Source: an uncultured Actinomycetes bacterium (GTDB lineage Bacteria > Actinomycetota > Thermoleophilia > Gaiellales > JAICJC01). From it: a stretch of 64,000 nucleotides of DNA. Below the pieces are notes generated by a model. The model searched no databases and had not been told where the DNA came from. It was given only the letters and a program-made list of their open reading frames with translations. The stretch is taken from positions 3,571,108 through 3,635,107 of the forward strand of contig OY969568.1 of the NCBI GenBank assembly GCA_963701125.1, given 5' to 3'. Shown here piece by piece: positions 8,142 to 18,252 of the stretch. Positions within the stretch are counted from its first letter, which is position 1, and the number at the start of each line of letters is the position of its first letter. The position numbers and the translations under genes are program-made.

Positions 8142-8746
8142 GCGAGATTGCGCACTGCGAGCCAGGGTGGGTCGCAGTCGAAGTCGTAGTAGCGAGTGCG
8201 TTCGATGACGAGGCTGTCGGCGCCCAGGAACGGCCCGGGCACCACGCCGGTGTGCAGCCGGACCGAGTGGTAGTGACGCGGGGTGAGCTCGACAGCGCGC
8301 CGATGCAGGGCATGACCATCGACGCGCTTTGGCGCATCCGGTGCCGCACAGAGGATCAGGTTGCCGTATCCACCATCGGCGAGCGCGACGTCGTAGTAGC
8401 AGAGCACACCCGGGATCGTCTCGAGCGAGGCGACGATACCCGCTTCGAGCTCGTCGATCGGCACATGGTCGATGTCGGTGCGTGCCCGGCCGAAGAACCC
8501 GACCGCCGTCATCCCAGCCGCGGCCCGGAGCGCCGCCAGGTCGGGCGCGCGGATCCAGTGGCGATGCCCGTCCGAATCCGGCTCGCGGATGAGCAAGCCT
8601 GTCGTGTCCCCAGAACAGCCGGCCACCCGCACCCGCAGCCGCTCCAGCATCGTCTGCATGATCCCGGCGTCGCGAACCGTGTGGGCCGGTGCCGCGAACG
8701 GCCGGCCGGCACACTCCTCGTTCGCGGACAGCTCGACAGCGCCCAT
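8138..8746 (-). CDS. Hypothetical protein
   Basis: The C-terminal ~200 aa of ORF 8138..9082 have normal composition. The N-terminal extension is R/G/C-rich and would overlap the divergent lipoprotein gene. ATG at 8746. Confidence 0.5.
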   Translation of the reverse strand: MGAVELSANEECAGRPFAAPAHTVRDAGIMQTMLERLRVRVAGCSGDTTGLLIREPDSDGHRHWIRAPDLAALRAAAGMTAVGFFGRARTDIDHVPIDELEAGIVASLETIPGVLCYYDVALADGGYGNLILCAAPDAPKRVDGHALHRRAVELTPRHYHSVRLHTGVVPGPFLGADSLVIERTRYYDFDCDPPWLAVRNLA

Positions 8747-8914
8747 CGCCACCGCCGATCCTACAACCGCTCGCAGCGAGGTCGGATCCGGTCGCTGCGC
8801 GCGGGTACGTACGGCCGCCCGCGTCAGCCGGATTGTCGCGCCGCTCACAATCCCCGCCCCGTTCGGCGTCCGTAGCTCCCCTCGAACGACTGATCCCCAA
8901 GAGGAGCAACGACA

Positions 8915-9445
8915 ATGAACTTGCATATCGGAACACGAGCACGAGCAGCCCTGGCCGTCGCGTCGATCGCCCTGGCGGCGGCGTGCGGGTCGGCCTCCGC
9001 CGGCACCGGGACGCACCAGGCGTCCGGTGTCGTCGGGACGGCCCAGAACGCCACCCTCGCGAGCAGGGTGCTCGTGAATCATCAGGGGATGACCCTCTAC
9101 ACGCTCTCGGCCGAGCGCAACGGCCGCTTCATCTGCACGGCGACTGCCAAGATTGCCGGAAGCTCGCAGCGGTGCCTCCAGGTGTGGAAGCCTCTGCTGG
9201 TGAAGGGCGCGGCGCCCACGGGCACGATCGCCGGCCTCGGCGCCGTCATGCGGCCCGACGACGGCGACACGCAGCTCACCTACAAGGGGCTGCCGCTGTA
9301 CACGTTCACCGGCGATCGCGCGGCGGGCGACGCCGCCGGCAACGGCTTCAAGGACGTCGGCACGTGGCAGGCCGCCACCGTCGGCGCGGCAGCCTCTGCT
9401 TCGGCCTCGACGACGCAGTCAAGCGGCGGCGGGTACGGCTACTGA
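8915..9445 (+). CDS. Secreted lipoprotein with Yx(FWY)xxD repeat (COG4315-like)
   Basis: Signal peptide with lipobox LAAAC, motifs LYTLSAE and LYTFTGD, and an agaggag RBS upstream. Confidence 0.75.
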   Translation: MNLHIGTRARAALAVASIALAAACGSASAGTGTHQASGVVGTAQNATLASRVLVNHQGMTLYTLSAERNGRFICTATAKIAGSSQRCLQVWKPLLVKGAAPTGTIAGLGAVMRPDDGDTQLTYKGLPLYTFTGDRAAGDAAGNGFKDVGTWQAATVGAAASASASTTQSSGGGYGY

Positions 9446-9508
9446 GGCACTCCGCTCACGCCCAGGGGAGCTCGCCCGCTCCCCTGGGCGCCCGGGCGGC
9501 GTGGTCGG

Positions 9509-10651
9509 TCACCTGTAGCGGCGGATCTTGAGGGTGGCGCGGCGCTGCGTGAGGGCGAGTGGGCCGGTATCGAACCCGGCGGTGAGGGGCGTCGTGTTTG
9601 GGGTGATCAGCCCTGTGTACACACGTGTGGTGAAGCGCAGAGTCCGTCCCTGATCAATGCATGAGTGGTGGGTGATGGCCGGTGCCCGGGTGGAGGCGAA
9701 GGTGGCAGACCCGGTCATGAACGGGTTGCCGGCGGCGAAGACCTCGGCGGTGGCTCCGCGGGTCGAGTGGGCCGGCCGCGGCAGGGTCGAGACCGCGGTT
9801 ATCGCCGCCATCGAGTGAGCCTCGGAGGCGACGCTGGGACTCGCGGGGTTCGTACCGGTGAACACAGATTCGCTCACGGCGCGCCGGCCGCGAATCTTCT
9901 CGAACGACCAGGACTGGGTCTGGCTGCCTGCCTCGAGGCTTTCGCGGCCGGGACAGCCGCGATTTTCCGCCGAGGGGGGTGGTGCCGCCGAGCCCTTACA
10001 GCCAGGGTCGTAGATGAGACGGGCGCGCACCGGCCCGCCGGTGAGCGTGCCGAAGAAGGGTGACGTGGGGGTGGCGATGCTGAAGGCCGCGTACGCCAGG
10101 GTGCCCGAGACGTGGCGCCGGTTGCCGTGGCCGCCGTTCGACAGGCTGCAGGCGGTCGTCGTTTGCCGGCCGGAAGCGGTGAAGGTGGTCGTCAGCATGC
10201 TCGGCGCGATCGAGGCGGCCATGTCGAGCGTGGCGGTCGCAAGCGTCCTTCGGGCGATGGTGAAGGTCGCGCCCGACTGGGGGTCGAACACGTAGTCGTG
10301 GGACTGAAACGCGATCGGCGATCCACCCGGCGGCGCCGAGCGGGCGAGATCCACAACCACCGACGGCGGGAACTGGGGGATTCCGGGAAATGCGAAGGCC
10401 AGGAGCCGCATCTCGTACCGCACGCCGGAGATCAGGACTTCCCGCGGCCCGGCGACGAGCGTCACCGCCGCCGCGAGTCGGGGCGGCGCAACGCGGGCGA
10501 GCCGCATGCTCCGCCACCGCACGAGCGCGCCTGAGCGAGGCGCTGCGGCGACGGAGGTGCCGGCCGCCAGGCAGAGCACAAAGACCAGCGCCGCGACACT
10601 GCCGACCGCGACCCGCCTGCACGCACCCTGTCGACCCCAGGCATCCCGCAT
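9509..10651 (-). CDS. Secreted hypothetical protein
   Basis: ATG at 10651 is preceded by aaggggag, and a signal peptide (VAALVFVLCLAAGTSVAAA) follows. The upstream part of the long ORF looks non-coding. Confidence 0.6.
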   Translation of the reverse strand: MRDAWGRQGACRRVAVGSVAALVFVLCLAAGTSVAAAPRSGALVRWRSMRLARVAPPRLAAAVTLVAGPREVLISGVRYEMRLLAFAFPGIPQFPPSVVVDLARSAPPGGSPIAFQSHDYVFDPQSGATFTIARRTLATATLDMAASIAPSMLTTTFTASGRQTTTACSLSNGGHGNRRHVSGTLAYAAFSIATPTSPFFGTLTGGPVRARLIYDPGCKGSAAPPPSAENRGCPGRESLEAGSQTQSWSFEKIRGRRAVSESVFTGTNPASPSVASEAHSMAAITAVSTLPRPAHSTRGATAEVFAAGNPFMTGSATFASTRAPAITHHSCIDQGRTLRFTTRVYTGLITPNTTPLTAGFDTGPLALTQRRATLKIRRYR

Positions 10652-10723
10652 GCTCGCTCCCCTTGGAGGTTGTGCGGATCCGCACTCTAACCGCGGACAG
10701 GTGCCGAGGCCAAGGCGGTTATC

Positions 10724-11113
10724 GTGCAGACCATGAACGATGACGACATCCGTGCCGCGATCGCCGCTCACTGGGCTGCGTCCGACGCGCAGGACTTCGA
10801 GGTCGAGCACCAGATCTACGCCGAGGACGCCGTGCTCGAGTATCCCCAGTCCGGCGAGCGCATCCGCACGCGGAAGAACATCCAGACCACGCGGACGCTC
10901 CAACCCAACGACAAGCGATTCTCGGTCCGGCGGACGGTCGGCTCGGGCCGCCTCTGGATCACCGAGCTCATCCTGAGCTACGACGGAAGGCCGTACCCCA
11001 CCGTCAGCATCATGGAGCTCGGACCCGACGGCAAGGTGTGCCGCGAGACCCAGTACTTCTGCGACCCGTTCCCTGCCAGCGAGTGGCGCTCCCAGTGGGT
11101 CGAGCAGATGTGA
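10724..11113 (+). CDS. SnoaL/NTF2-like fold protein
   Basis: ~129 aa with the typical pattern IRAAIAAHWAASDAQDF...YAEDAVLEYPQSGERI. Confidence 0.6.
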   Translation: MQTMNDDDIRAAIAAHWAASDAQDFEVEHQIYAEDAVLEYPQSGERIRTRKNIQTTRTLQPNDKRFSVRRTVGSGRLWITELILSYDGRPYPTVSIMELGPDGKVCRETQYFCDPFPASEWRSQWVEQM

Positions 11114-11120
11114 GCTCGGC

Positions 11121-11441
11121 TCACTCGAGCCATTCCGTCGTGAACGTCGGGCTGGCGTGGATGCAGACGAGCTTCGACGGCCCCGGCCCCGTGTTTCGGA
11201 ACTTGTGCGGGACGCCGGGCGGCACGACGACGATGTCTCCCTCCGATGCCTCGAGCGTCTCGTCGCCGGCCGTGAACGTCAGCGTCCCCGCCACGACGAC
11301 CCACGTCTCGTCGTAGGGGTGGCGGTGCAGCCGGGGGCCGCCGCCCGGCTCGCTCTGGTCGAGGATGATGCAGACCGTGGCGCCGTGGTCGGCGCCGACC
11401 ATGTTTCCATCGGCAAGCGTGCCTGCAGGGATACGCGGCAT
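11121..11441 (-). CDS. Cupin-domain protein
   Basis: GPRLHRHPYDETWVVVAGTLTF...GDIVVVPPGVPHKFRN, with ggagg upstream of the ATG at 11441. Confidence 0.8.
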   Translation of the reverse strand: MPRIPAGTLADGNMVGADHGATVCIILDQSEPGGGPRLHRHPYDETWVVVAGTLTFTAGDETLEASEGDIVVVPPGVPHKFRNTGPGPSKLVCIHASPTFTTEWLE

Positions 11442-11517
11442 TGGTGACCTCCGTCTCGATTCAATCGGCTCCCGTGTCCTTCCGGGCAGCAGATACCCGC
11501 ATGGTGGTCCAACACGG

Positions 11518-12390
11518 ATGGTGACGACCCGGGTCGCCGTCGTCGGGGTCGGTGCGATCGGAGCGACGATCGCGGCCGCCGTCCAGGCATCCGGGGGCGC
11601 TGAGCTCGTCCTCTGCGGCCGCACGGCGGTCCGAGAGGTCATCGTCCACTCGCCGTGGAGCGGGTCGAGCATCGCGGTCGGCCCCGTCCTCGCCACGCCG
11701 GCGGATGTGAGCGAGGCACGCTGGGTGCTGCTCGCGGTGAAGGCACACCAGACGCCGGACGCGATCGGCTGGCTGCGCCGGCTCACCGGCTCCGGCACCG
11801 TCGTCGCGGTGCTCCAGAACGGCGTCGAGCACCGCGAACGCGTCGCGCCGCTCGTCCCCGGCGCCGAGATCCTTCCCACGGTCATCTGGTTCGGAGCGCA
11901 CACAACGGCACCGGGCCGGGTGACGGTGAGCTCCGCGCCGAGGCTCACGGTGCCGGATTCGGCGCACGGCCGCGCGTTCGCCGACCTCCTCGGCGGCGGC
12001 GCGGAGGTCGCCCTGACCGGCGACTTCCTGACCGAGTCGTGGCGCAAGCTCTGCCGCAATGCCGTTGCGGCGCTGATGGCGCTCACGCATCGACCGGCCG
12101 AGATCTTCCGCGACGACGGCGTGCACACGCTCGCGCTCAGGCTTGCCGACGAGTGCGTCCGCGTCGGACGTGCCGAGGGCGCCGCGCTGCCGGATTCGCT
12201 CGCGCGCGAGATCGCAGACGGCTTTGCCCGCCAACCGCCCGGGAGCGGATCGTCGATCCTTGCCGACTCGATCGCCGGCAGGCCGCTCGAGTGGGACGCC
12301 CGCAACGGGGTCATCCGCCGTCTGGGAGCCCGCCACGGCATCCCGACACCCGTCAGCGACACCCTTGTGCCACTGCTCGGAGCGCGGTAG
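11518..12390 (+). CDS. panE: 2-dehydropantoate 2-reductase (ketopantoate reductase family)
   Basis: VAVVGVGAIGATIAAA Rossmann motif, plus WRKLCRNAV and ILADSIAGRPLEWDARNGVI (ApbA_C-like). Confidence 0.75.
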   Translation: MVTTRVAVVGVGAIGATIAAAVQASGGAELVLCGRTAVREVIVHSPWSGSSIAVGPVLATPADVSEARWVLLAVKAHQTPDAIGWLRRLTGSGTVVAVLQNGVEHRERVAPLVPGAEILPTVIWFGAHTTAPGRVTVSSAPRLTVPDSAHGRAFADLLGGGAEVALTGDFLTESWRKLCRNAVAALMALTHRPAEIFRDDGVHTLALRLADECVRVGRAEGAALPDSLAREIADGFARQPPGSGSSILADSIAGRPLEWDARNGVIRRLGARHGIPTPVSDTLVPLLGAR

Positions 12391-13528
12391 GGCTCAAACC
12401 GCGCACCGCCGCCGCGGCCAGGTGCGGCGCCATCCGGTCGACCACGTGGTCCCATCCGCCGGCCACGAGGATCTCGGCATGCGCGGTTCGGCCCATCGAC
12501 CGCGCGCGATCGGGCGATGAGAGCAGCTCGGTGAGCGCGCCGGCGAGCGCGTGCGCGTCGCGGGGCGGGACGAGCAGGCCCGTGACGCCGTCCGTGATGA
12601 TCTCGGGCATCGCGAGCTGGTCGGTGCCGATGCACGGCAGGCCGTGCGCCATCGCCTCCTGGAACGCGTGCCCCCACGCCTCGAAGTGCGAGGGCATGAC
12701 GAACACCGAGGCGCCGGCGTAGATTCGCGCGAGCTCGGTGCGGTCGGAGACGTAGCCGTGCCAGCGAACGCCGTCCGGGCTGTCGCGGCGGGCGTGCGGT
12801 CCGACGATGCGAAGCTCGGCGCCGGGGACGCGCCGGCGTACCTCGGGCCACGCCGTGAGCAGCGTTTCGCCGCCCTTGATCGCAAACTTGTCCCCGACGA
12901 ACAGCGCCACCGGGCGGTCGTTGCGCTTCGTCGAGCTGTCCTGGGGGGCGAGGTTCGTCCCTCCGCCCACCGCGACGACGCGCGCGGGGTCGCAGCCGTA
13001 CTCGTCGATCACCGCCCTGCGGACGAACTCCGACATGGTGAAGACGACGTCGGCGTCGGTGCAGACGGCGCGCTCGAGCGCCGTCCAGCGCGCGCCCCGG
13101 CGCCGTCCGAGCGGCGCCCAGGCCGGATAGAACCGCTCGGTCAGCGGGTAGATGTTGTCGGTGTAGACGGTGTAGGGACGCGCGTACGGTGCTGACCCCG
13201 GCGCGAACAGCGTCTGCAGCTGCAGGAGCACGTCGTAGCGGCCCTCCCAGCCCGCCAGCTCGGCGCCGGCCAGCTCGCTGCGCCGGCGGAAGGCCCACGG
13301 GCTCAGGCTGTGGCGCGCCGACCACGCCGGCCTGCGCGGATGGATCGCGCCGAGCGACCGCAGGTAGTACTCGCGGTCCGGGATCTGCGGCCGCACGAAC
13401 CCGACCAGGTCGTACCGGCGGTCGAGCGCCGCGAACAGGCCGGCGTAGCGGGTGAACGACGTGCGAAACGCGGAGAGGTTCTGGTTCGAGCAGGCCAGCA
13501 CCCGCAGGGTCTGCGGAGCGTCCGTCAT
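12353..13528 (-). CDS. Glycosyltransferase, GT4 (group 1) family
   Basis: C-terminal SHFEAWGHAFQEAMAHGLPCIGTD...GVTGLLVPP (E-x7-E region). ATG at 13528. Confidence 0.8.
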   Translation of the reverse strand: MTDAPQTLRVLACSNQNLSAFRTSFTRYAGLFAALDRRYDLVGFVRPQIPDREYYLRSLGAIHPRRPAWSARHSLSPWAFRRRSELAGAELAGWEGRYDVLLQLQTLFAPGSAPYARPYTVYTDNIYPLTERFYPAWAPLGRRRGARWTALERAVCTDADVVFTMSEFVRRAVIDEYGCDPARVVAVGGGTNLAPQDSSTKRNDRPVALFVGDKFAIKGGETLLTAWPEVRRRVPGAELRIVGPHARRDSPDGVRWHGYVSDRTELARIYAGASVFVMPSHFEAWGHAFQEAMAHGLPCIGTDQLAMPEIITDGVTGLLVPPRDAHALAGALTELLSSPDRARSMGRTAHAEILVAGGWDHVVDRMAPHLAAAAVRGLSPTALRAVAQGCR

Positions 13529-14694
13529 GGGGAGATCGAGCCCACGAGCTCGCCGTAGAGCTCCTCGATCGTGTGGACGAAGCTGGGCAGGTCGAACCTG
13601 TCGCGCCGGCGGCGTCGCGCGGCCGCGCCGAGCCGGTACCGCAGGTCGGGGTCGGCGCAAAGACGCGTGAGCGCCGCTGCCAGGTCTGCGGGCGAGCCGG
13701 GCGCGACGAGCAGGCCCTCGCACTCGTCGCGGATCGTGTCGGGCACCCCGCCGACGCGGCTCGCGGCGATGCCAAGGCCGGCCTGCATGTACTCGAGGAG
13801 CGCGAGCGGCGTGCCCTCGCGGTCGGAGCAAAGAACGCCGATGTCGGCGGCGGCCAGGATCGCCGGCACGTCCGTGCGAGTGCCGAGGAAGCGCACCCGC
13901 GACCCGAGACCCAGCGTCTCTGCCTGCGCCTCGAGGGCGTCGCGCTCGACTCCGTCGCCGGTGACGAGCGTGACGACGCCTGCGCCGCCGGGACCGAGTT
14001 GGGCGAGGGCTGTGACGAGGACATCGTGGCGCTTCTCGGGGCGTAGCATGGCGGTGGCGACGATCACGATGTCGTCCTGCGCAATGCCGAGCGCGAGGCG
14101 GGCGTCGGCCCTCGAGGCTGGGGAGATTTCGGGTGCCGGAATCCCGAGCGGGACCAGCCGCACCTTGCGCCGCGGCAGGTGCTCGACGGCGACGAGCCGG
14201 GCGTGGTCGGCCTCCGAGACGCACAGGACGACGGTCGCCAGACGCCCCATCAGATGCCGGTCGGCCAGCTTCCGTGCCCGCGAGAGGCCGAAGTGCACGC
14301 CGTCGCCATGGGCGAGATGCTCGTGGGCGATCACGGGCACGCCCGCGAGGCGCCCGACGACGACTGCGGAGTAGTTCGCCCCGGTCTTGTGGCTGTGCAG
14401 GACATCGACGCCGCGCCGGCGCAGGAGCCGCACGACCGAGAGCCATGCCCGCGGGCTGAGCCGCGACCGGCGGCGGATGCCGACGACGCGCACCCCGGCG
14501 GCTTCGAGGCGTGCGATCACGCCGGCGCCGGCAGCCGAGGCGGCCACCGCCGGATCCCATCGCGTGACGATCAGCGTGCGCTCGAACCGGGCCGGGTCGA
14601 GCGCCAGGAGCTGGTGGACGAGCAGGCGCTCGGCGCCGCCCGAGACCGGGATGACGTCGTTCATGACCGCGACGTGGATCGGCTCGACGACCAT
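13525..14694 (-). CDS. Glycosyltransferase, GT4 family
   Basis: SGGAERLLVHQ..., REGTPLALLEYMQAGLGIAASRVGGVPDTI. The start overlaps the upstream stop (TGATG). Confidence 0.8.
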   Translation of the reverse strand: MVVEPIHVAVMNDVIPVSGGAERLLVHQLLALDPARFERTLIVTRWDPAVAASAAGAGVIARLEAAGVRVVGIRRRSRLSPRAWLSVVRLLRRRGVDVLHSHKTGANYSAVVVGRLAGVPVIAHEHLAHGDGVHFGLSRARKLADRHLMGRLATVVLCVSEADHARLVAVEHLPRRKVRLVPLGIPAPEISPASRADARLALGIAQDDIVIVATAMLRPEKRHDVLVTALAQLGPGGAGVVTLVTGDGVERDALEAQAETLGLGSRVRFLGTRTDVPAILAAADIGVLCSDREGTPLALLEYMQAGLGIAASRVGGVPDTIRDECEGLLVAPGSPADLAAALTRLCADPDLRYRLGAAARRRRRDRFDLPSFVHTIEELYGELVGSISP

Positions 14695-16154
14695 CACACC
14701 GCCGGCTCCTTGGCGGCCCGCGGCCACAGGCCGGCCCGGGCTGCGATGGCGTGGAGGTCGAGGAGCCCGAACGCGAAGGCCGCGATCGGAAACGCCGACA
14801 CCGAGAGCGCGACCGCGAGCGGGGTGGCAAGCGCTGTCGCCGCCCATCCGCCGAGCCCCCCGGCCGTGATCGCCCCGGCGTAGCGGATCGCGCGGCTCGC
14901 CGTGGGAAGCTCGAGCCCCACCACCTGCCTGCACACGCGCACGTGGGCGGCGATGTAGATGGCGAAGGCGACGTCGGTGCCGATCGCCGCCCCGACGGCG
15001 CCCAGGTGCGGGATGAGGATCAGGTCGAGGACGACGTTCACGATCACCGTCGCGACCGCCGCCGGCAGCCGGCGGCGGGCCTCGCCCGCATAGCTCGCCG
15101 TCATCGTCAGCAGCGGGGCCAGGCCCCACAGCATCAGATAGGGCGACATCACGAGCGCGATCGTGCCGCAGGCGGCATAGCCGCCGCCCAGGCCGAAGCG
15201 GGCGGCCGACCCGAACCAGATCGCGATCGGGATCACGAGCGCGGACTGGAGCAGCACCAGGTATCCGAGCGTGCGGCCAAGCAGCGCACGGTCGGCGCCG
15301 CTCACCTGGCCCGCGAACCGAGGCGCGAGCGCGATCGCCACGGCCAGGCCGGGATAATGCATGAGGCCGGCGATGCGCACCACGGCGTCGAACCGGCCGG
15401 CGGCGGCGGGGCCGGCAAGCGGGCCGAGCAGCACCGAGTCGATGCGCGTGAACATCACGAAGGCGCCCTCGACGACCGCCACCGCTCCGGCATAGCGCAG
15501 GAGCGCGCGCGGGCTGACGACGCGTGGGCCTGGCCGCTGCATGCCGAGCGTCCTTGCCATCAGCACGACGGCCACGAGCGCTCCCGCCGCGTAGCCCGCC
15601 AGGCGGCCGGCGGCGGCGGCCGTGGCGGTGCCCGTGAGGAGCACGGCCGCGCCCGTGGCGACGGACTCGACCAGGCTCTCGACGCAGACCGCAGCGAGGC
15701 TCACCCGGGTTCGGCGCACGGCGTTCAGCGTTCCGATCGCGCTCGCGAAGATCGCCTGGGCGGCCGTGGCGACGGCCATCACCCGCAGCGGCCATGCGGC
15801 GGCGCCGGCGCCCAGGAGGTGAGTGATCGGTCCGCTCTCGACCACGATCGCGATCGCCACCACGAGCGAGAGGACGAGCTTCAGGGCGAGGGCGTCGCGC
15901 GCCACCCGCGCCGCAGCGCTCCGCGACTCGAAGCGCTCGGCGATGAACCGGGCGGCCGACATCGAGAGGCCCAGGTCGCACACGAGCCCGGCGATGGTCG
16001 CAAAGCCGAAGACGATCGCGTAGACGCCGTACTCGTGGGGGCCGAGCAGTCGCATGGTCACGACCGCTGTGACCAGTGTGAACCCGGCGCTCACCGCCTG
16101 CGCGGCGAATGCCTCGGCGATCCCTCGCCGCAGGAGGGGCGGCCGCTCGGTCAT
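14694..16154 (-). CDS. wzx: Polysaccharide flippase (Wzx, MOP/MATE-like superfamily)
   Basis: ~486 aa, about 12-14 hydrophobic segments. ATGA overlap with the upstream gene. Confidence 0.7.
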   Translation of the reverse strand: MTERPPLLRRGIAEAFAAQAVSAGFTLVTAVVTMRLLGPHEYGVYAIVFGFATIAGLVCDLGLSMSAARFIAERFESRSAAARVARDALALKLVLSLVVAIAIVVESGPITHLLGAGAAAWPLRVMAVATAAQAIFASAIGTLNAVRRTRVSLAAVCVESLVESVATGAAVLLTGTATAAAAGRLAGYAAGALVAVVLMARTLGMQRPGPRVVSPRALLRYAGAVAVVEGAFVMFTRIDSVLLGPLAGPAAAGRFDAVVRIAGLMHYPGLAVAIALAPRFAGQVSGADRALLGRTLGYLVLLQSALVIPIAIWFGSAARFGLGGGYAACGTIALVMSPYLMLWGLAPLLTMTASYAGEARRRLPAAVATVIVNVVLDLILIPHLGAVGAAIGTDVAFAIYIAAHVRVCRQVVGLELPTASRAIRYAGAITAGGLGGWAATALATPLAVALSVSAFPIAAFAFGLLDLHAIAARAGLWPRAAKEPAV

Positions 16155-17296
16155 CGCCGGGCTGCGGCCTCGAAGAACGCGCCGAGCCGCGCCGACTCGG
16201 CCTCGAGCGTGTGCGTGCGGACGACGGCACGGCCCGCGTCGGCCATGCGCTGGCGCTCGCCGGGGTCGCGTTCGAGGCGAAGGAGGCGGGCTGCGATCGC
16301 GTCGGCGTCTCCGGATGCGACCAGGGCGACGCTGTCGCCGAAGGTGGCCCTGATGCCGCCGACATCGGTGCTGACGACGGGCAGCCCGGACGCCAGGGCC
16401 TCGACGATCGTCTGCGGGACGCCCTCCGACCGTGACGGTACGACGAGCGCGTCGGAGTGCCGGTAGAGCTGCAGGAGCGCCTCGCCGAACTGGACGTAGC
16501 CCTCGAAGCGCACGGCGCCGTCGAGCGCGAGCTCGCGGACGCGCGCCTCGAGCACGCCGCGCAGGGTTCCCTCGCCGCAGATGCGAACGCTCCAGCGCGC
16601 GTCCGTGCTGCGCAGCCGCGCGAGCACGTCGAGCAGGAGCAGCGGGTTCTTCTCGGAGTCCAGCCGCCCGACGCTCAGGAGCTCGTGCCCCGATCCGCTC
16701 GCGGCGGCGGGGCCGGCGGTGACGTCGCCCTCGCGCACGAGCGAGACGGTGAGCATGTGCAGCCGGCGGGATGCGCGGTACGTCTCGGCCAGCTGCGGCC
16801 CCACGACGACGCACGGGAGCCGTCTTGCCAGGCGCCGCCACGCCGTCTCCATCGCATTTGCCGCGGCGATGAACGGCCGCCGCCCCGGATAGCGGGAGGC
16901 CACGTATGACGGAAGGTCGGAGCGGACGCCGAGCACGACGGGCAGGCGGCGGGCCCGGGCCGCGAGCACGAACGCGATCGCGATCGGGTTGGGGCCGAGG
17001 ATCCAGGCGACGTCGGCGTGCGCGGACGCGCGCGTGAACGCCCGCAGCGCGGCGGGCAGCGTGCGCAGGGCGGTGCCGGGATTGGCGAGGCTCTCGTAGT
17101 ACGGCATTCCGGCGAAAGTGACCGAGTCGGCGAGCCGGTAGCGCGGCGACACCTGGCCCTCGGCCCCTTCCCGGCCGACGATCGTCAGATCGTGGTGGCG
17201 GGCGATCTCGTTCAGGAAGAGCGCGAACGCGCGCTCGGTCCAGATCCCGTCGTCGTGGCGGACGTAGCGGTAGTCGGTGAAGACGGCGATCCTCAC
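16151..17296 (-). CDS. Glycosyltransferase, GT4 family
   Basis: VGRLDSEKNPLLLLD..., SRSEGVPQTIVEALASGLPVVSTDVGG. The GTG start overlaps the upstream stop (GTGA). Confidence 0.8.
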   Translation of the reverse strand: MRIAVFTDYRYVRHDDGIWTERAFALFLNEIARHHDLTIVGREGAEGQVSPRYRLADSVTFAGMPYYESLANPGTALRTLPAALRAFTRASAHADVAWILGPNPIAIAFVLAARARRLPVVLGVRSDLPSYVASRYPGRRPFIAAANAMETAWRRLARRLPCVVVGPQLAETYRASRRLHMLTVSLVREGDVTAGPAAASGSGHELLSVGRLDSEKNPLLLLDVLARLRSTDARWSVRICGEGTLRGVLEARVRELALDGAVRFEGYVQFGEALLQLYRHSDALVVPSRSEGVPQTIVEALASGLPVVSTDVGGIRATFGDSVALVASGDADAIAARLLRLERDPGERQRMADAGRAVVRTHTLEAESARLGAFFEAAARR

Positions 17297-18252
17297 CGCC
17301 GCCACCCGAAGCGGGCCAGGCCCGACAGGTAGCCGAGACCCCACGCGCCGTGCATGGTCACGAAGACCGCCGGCAGCGCCAGGCGGTCGGAGGCGCCCAG
17401 CGGCGCACGCGCCGATGTGGCCGCGACGCCGGCCCCATACGCCCCCAGGACGAGCCATGCGGGCAGTTGCAGCGGGCTCGGCACGGCGGCGGCGGCAGCG
17501 GTCAGCACGAGGCCCGGGCAGACGAGGTGCGCCCGGCGGCGCGTGGCCGGGTGGCGCACGGCCGACTTGGCGCGGTAGTGCCCGTAGCGGGCGTACTGGC
17601 GCGCGAGCGCGCGCAGGCTCGACCGCGGCCGGTAGCCGGCCGCCATCGACGGGATCGACACCGCCGTGCCGCCCGCCCGGTGGAGCCGGGCCGCGAGCTC
17701 GACGTCCTGGTTCACCGGCCAGCCCTCGTCCCACCCTCCCAGCGCGCGCAGCGTGTCGGCCCGCCACACGCCGGTGAATCCGCTGAACACGGGGCGCTCG
17801 TGGTCGAGGTCATGCTTGTCCGCGCCGCCGGATCCGAGCGGCGTCAGAAGCGCGCAGGCGATCCGGCGCGACCACCCGCTCGCGCCGACCGGCAGCACCG
17901 GGCCGTGGACGGCCTGGACGTCGCCGCGGCGCAGCCGCTCGATGCCCTGGGAGAGGTAGTCGTCGGGATAGCGGCTGTGCGCGTCCATCCGCGCGACGAA
18001 CTCACCGCGGGCCGCGGTGAGGCCGATGTTGAGCGCCCGCGGCGTCGTCCGCCCCGGGTTCTCGAGCAGCACGAAGCGCGGGTCGCGCGCGCACAGATCT
18101 GCGAGGAAGGCGCGGCTGCCGTCGGTCGAGCCGCCGTCGATCATCAGGAACTCGGCGTCGCCGGCGACGCGCTGCGCGGACATCGCCGCGGTCGCCTCGG
18201 CGAGATGGGCCATCCCGTTTCGGACGGGGACGAGGACGCTCACCTCAGGCAT
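17293..18252 (-). CDS. Glycosyltransferase, GT2 family
   Basis: VSVLVPVRNG...LMIDGGSTDGS...ARMDAHS (DxD/DxH-type motifs). Confidence 0.8.
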   Translation of the reverse strand: MPEVSVLVPVRNGMAHLAEATAAMSAQRVAGDAEFLMIDGGSTDGSRAFLADLCARDPRFVLLENPGRTTPRALNIGLTAARGEFVARMDAHSRYPDDYLSQGIERLRRGDVQAVHGPVLPVGASGWSRRIACALLTPLGSGGADKHDLDHERPVFSGFTGVWRADTLRALGGWDEGWPVNQDVELAARLHRAGGTAVSIPSMAAGYRPRSSLRALARQYARYGHYRAKSAVRHPATRRRAHLVCPGLVLTAAAAAVPSPLQLPAWLVLGAYGAGVAATSARAPLGASDRLALPAVFVTMHGAWGLGYLSGLARFGWRR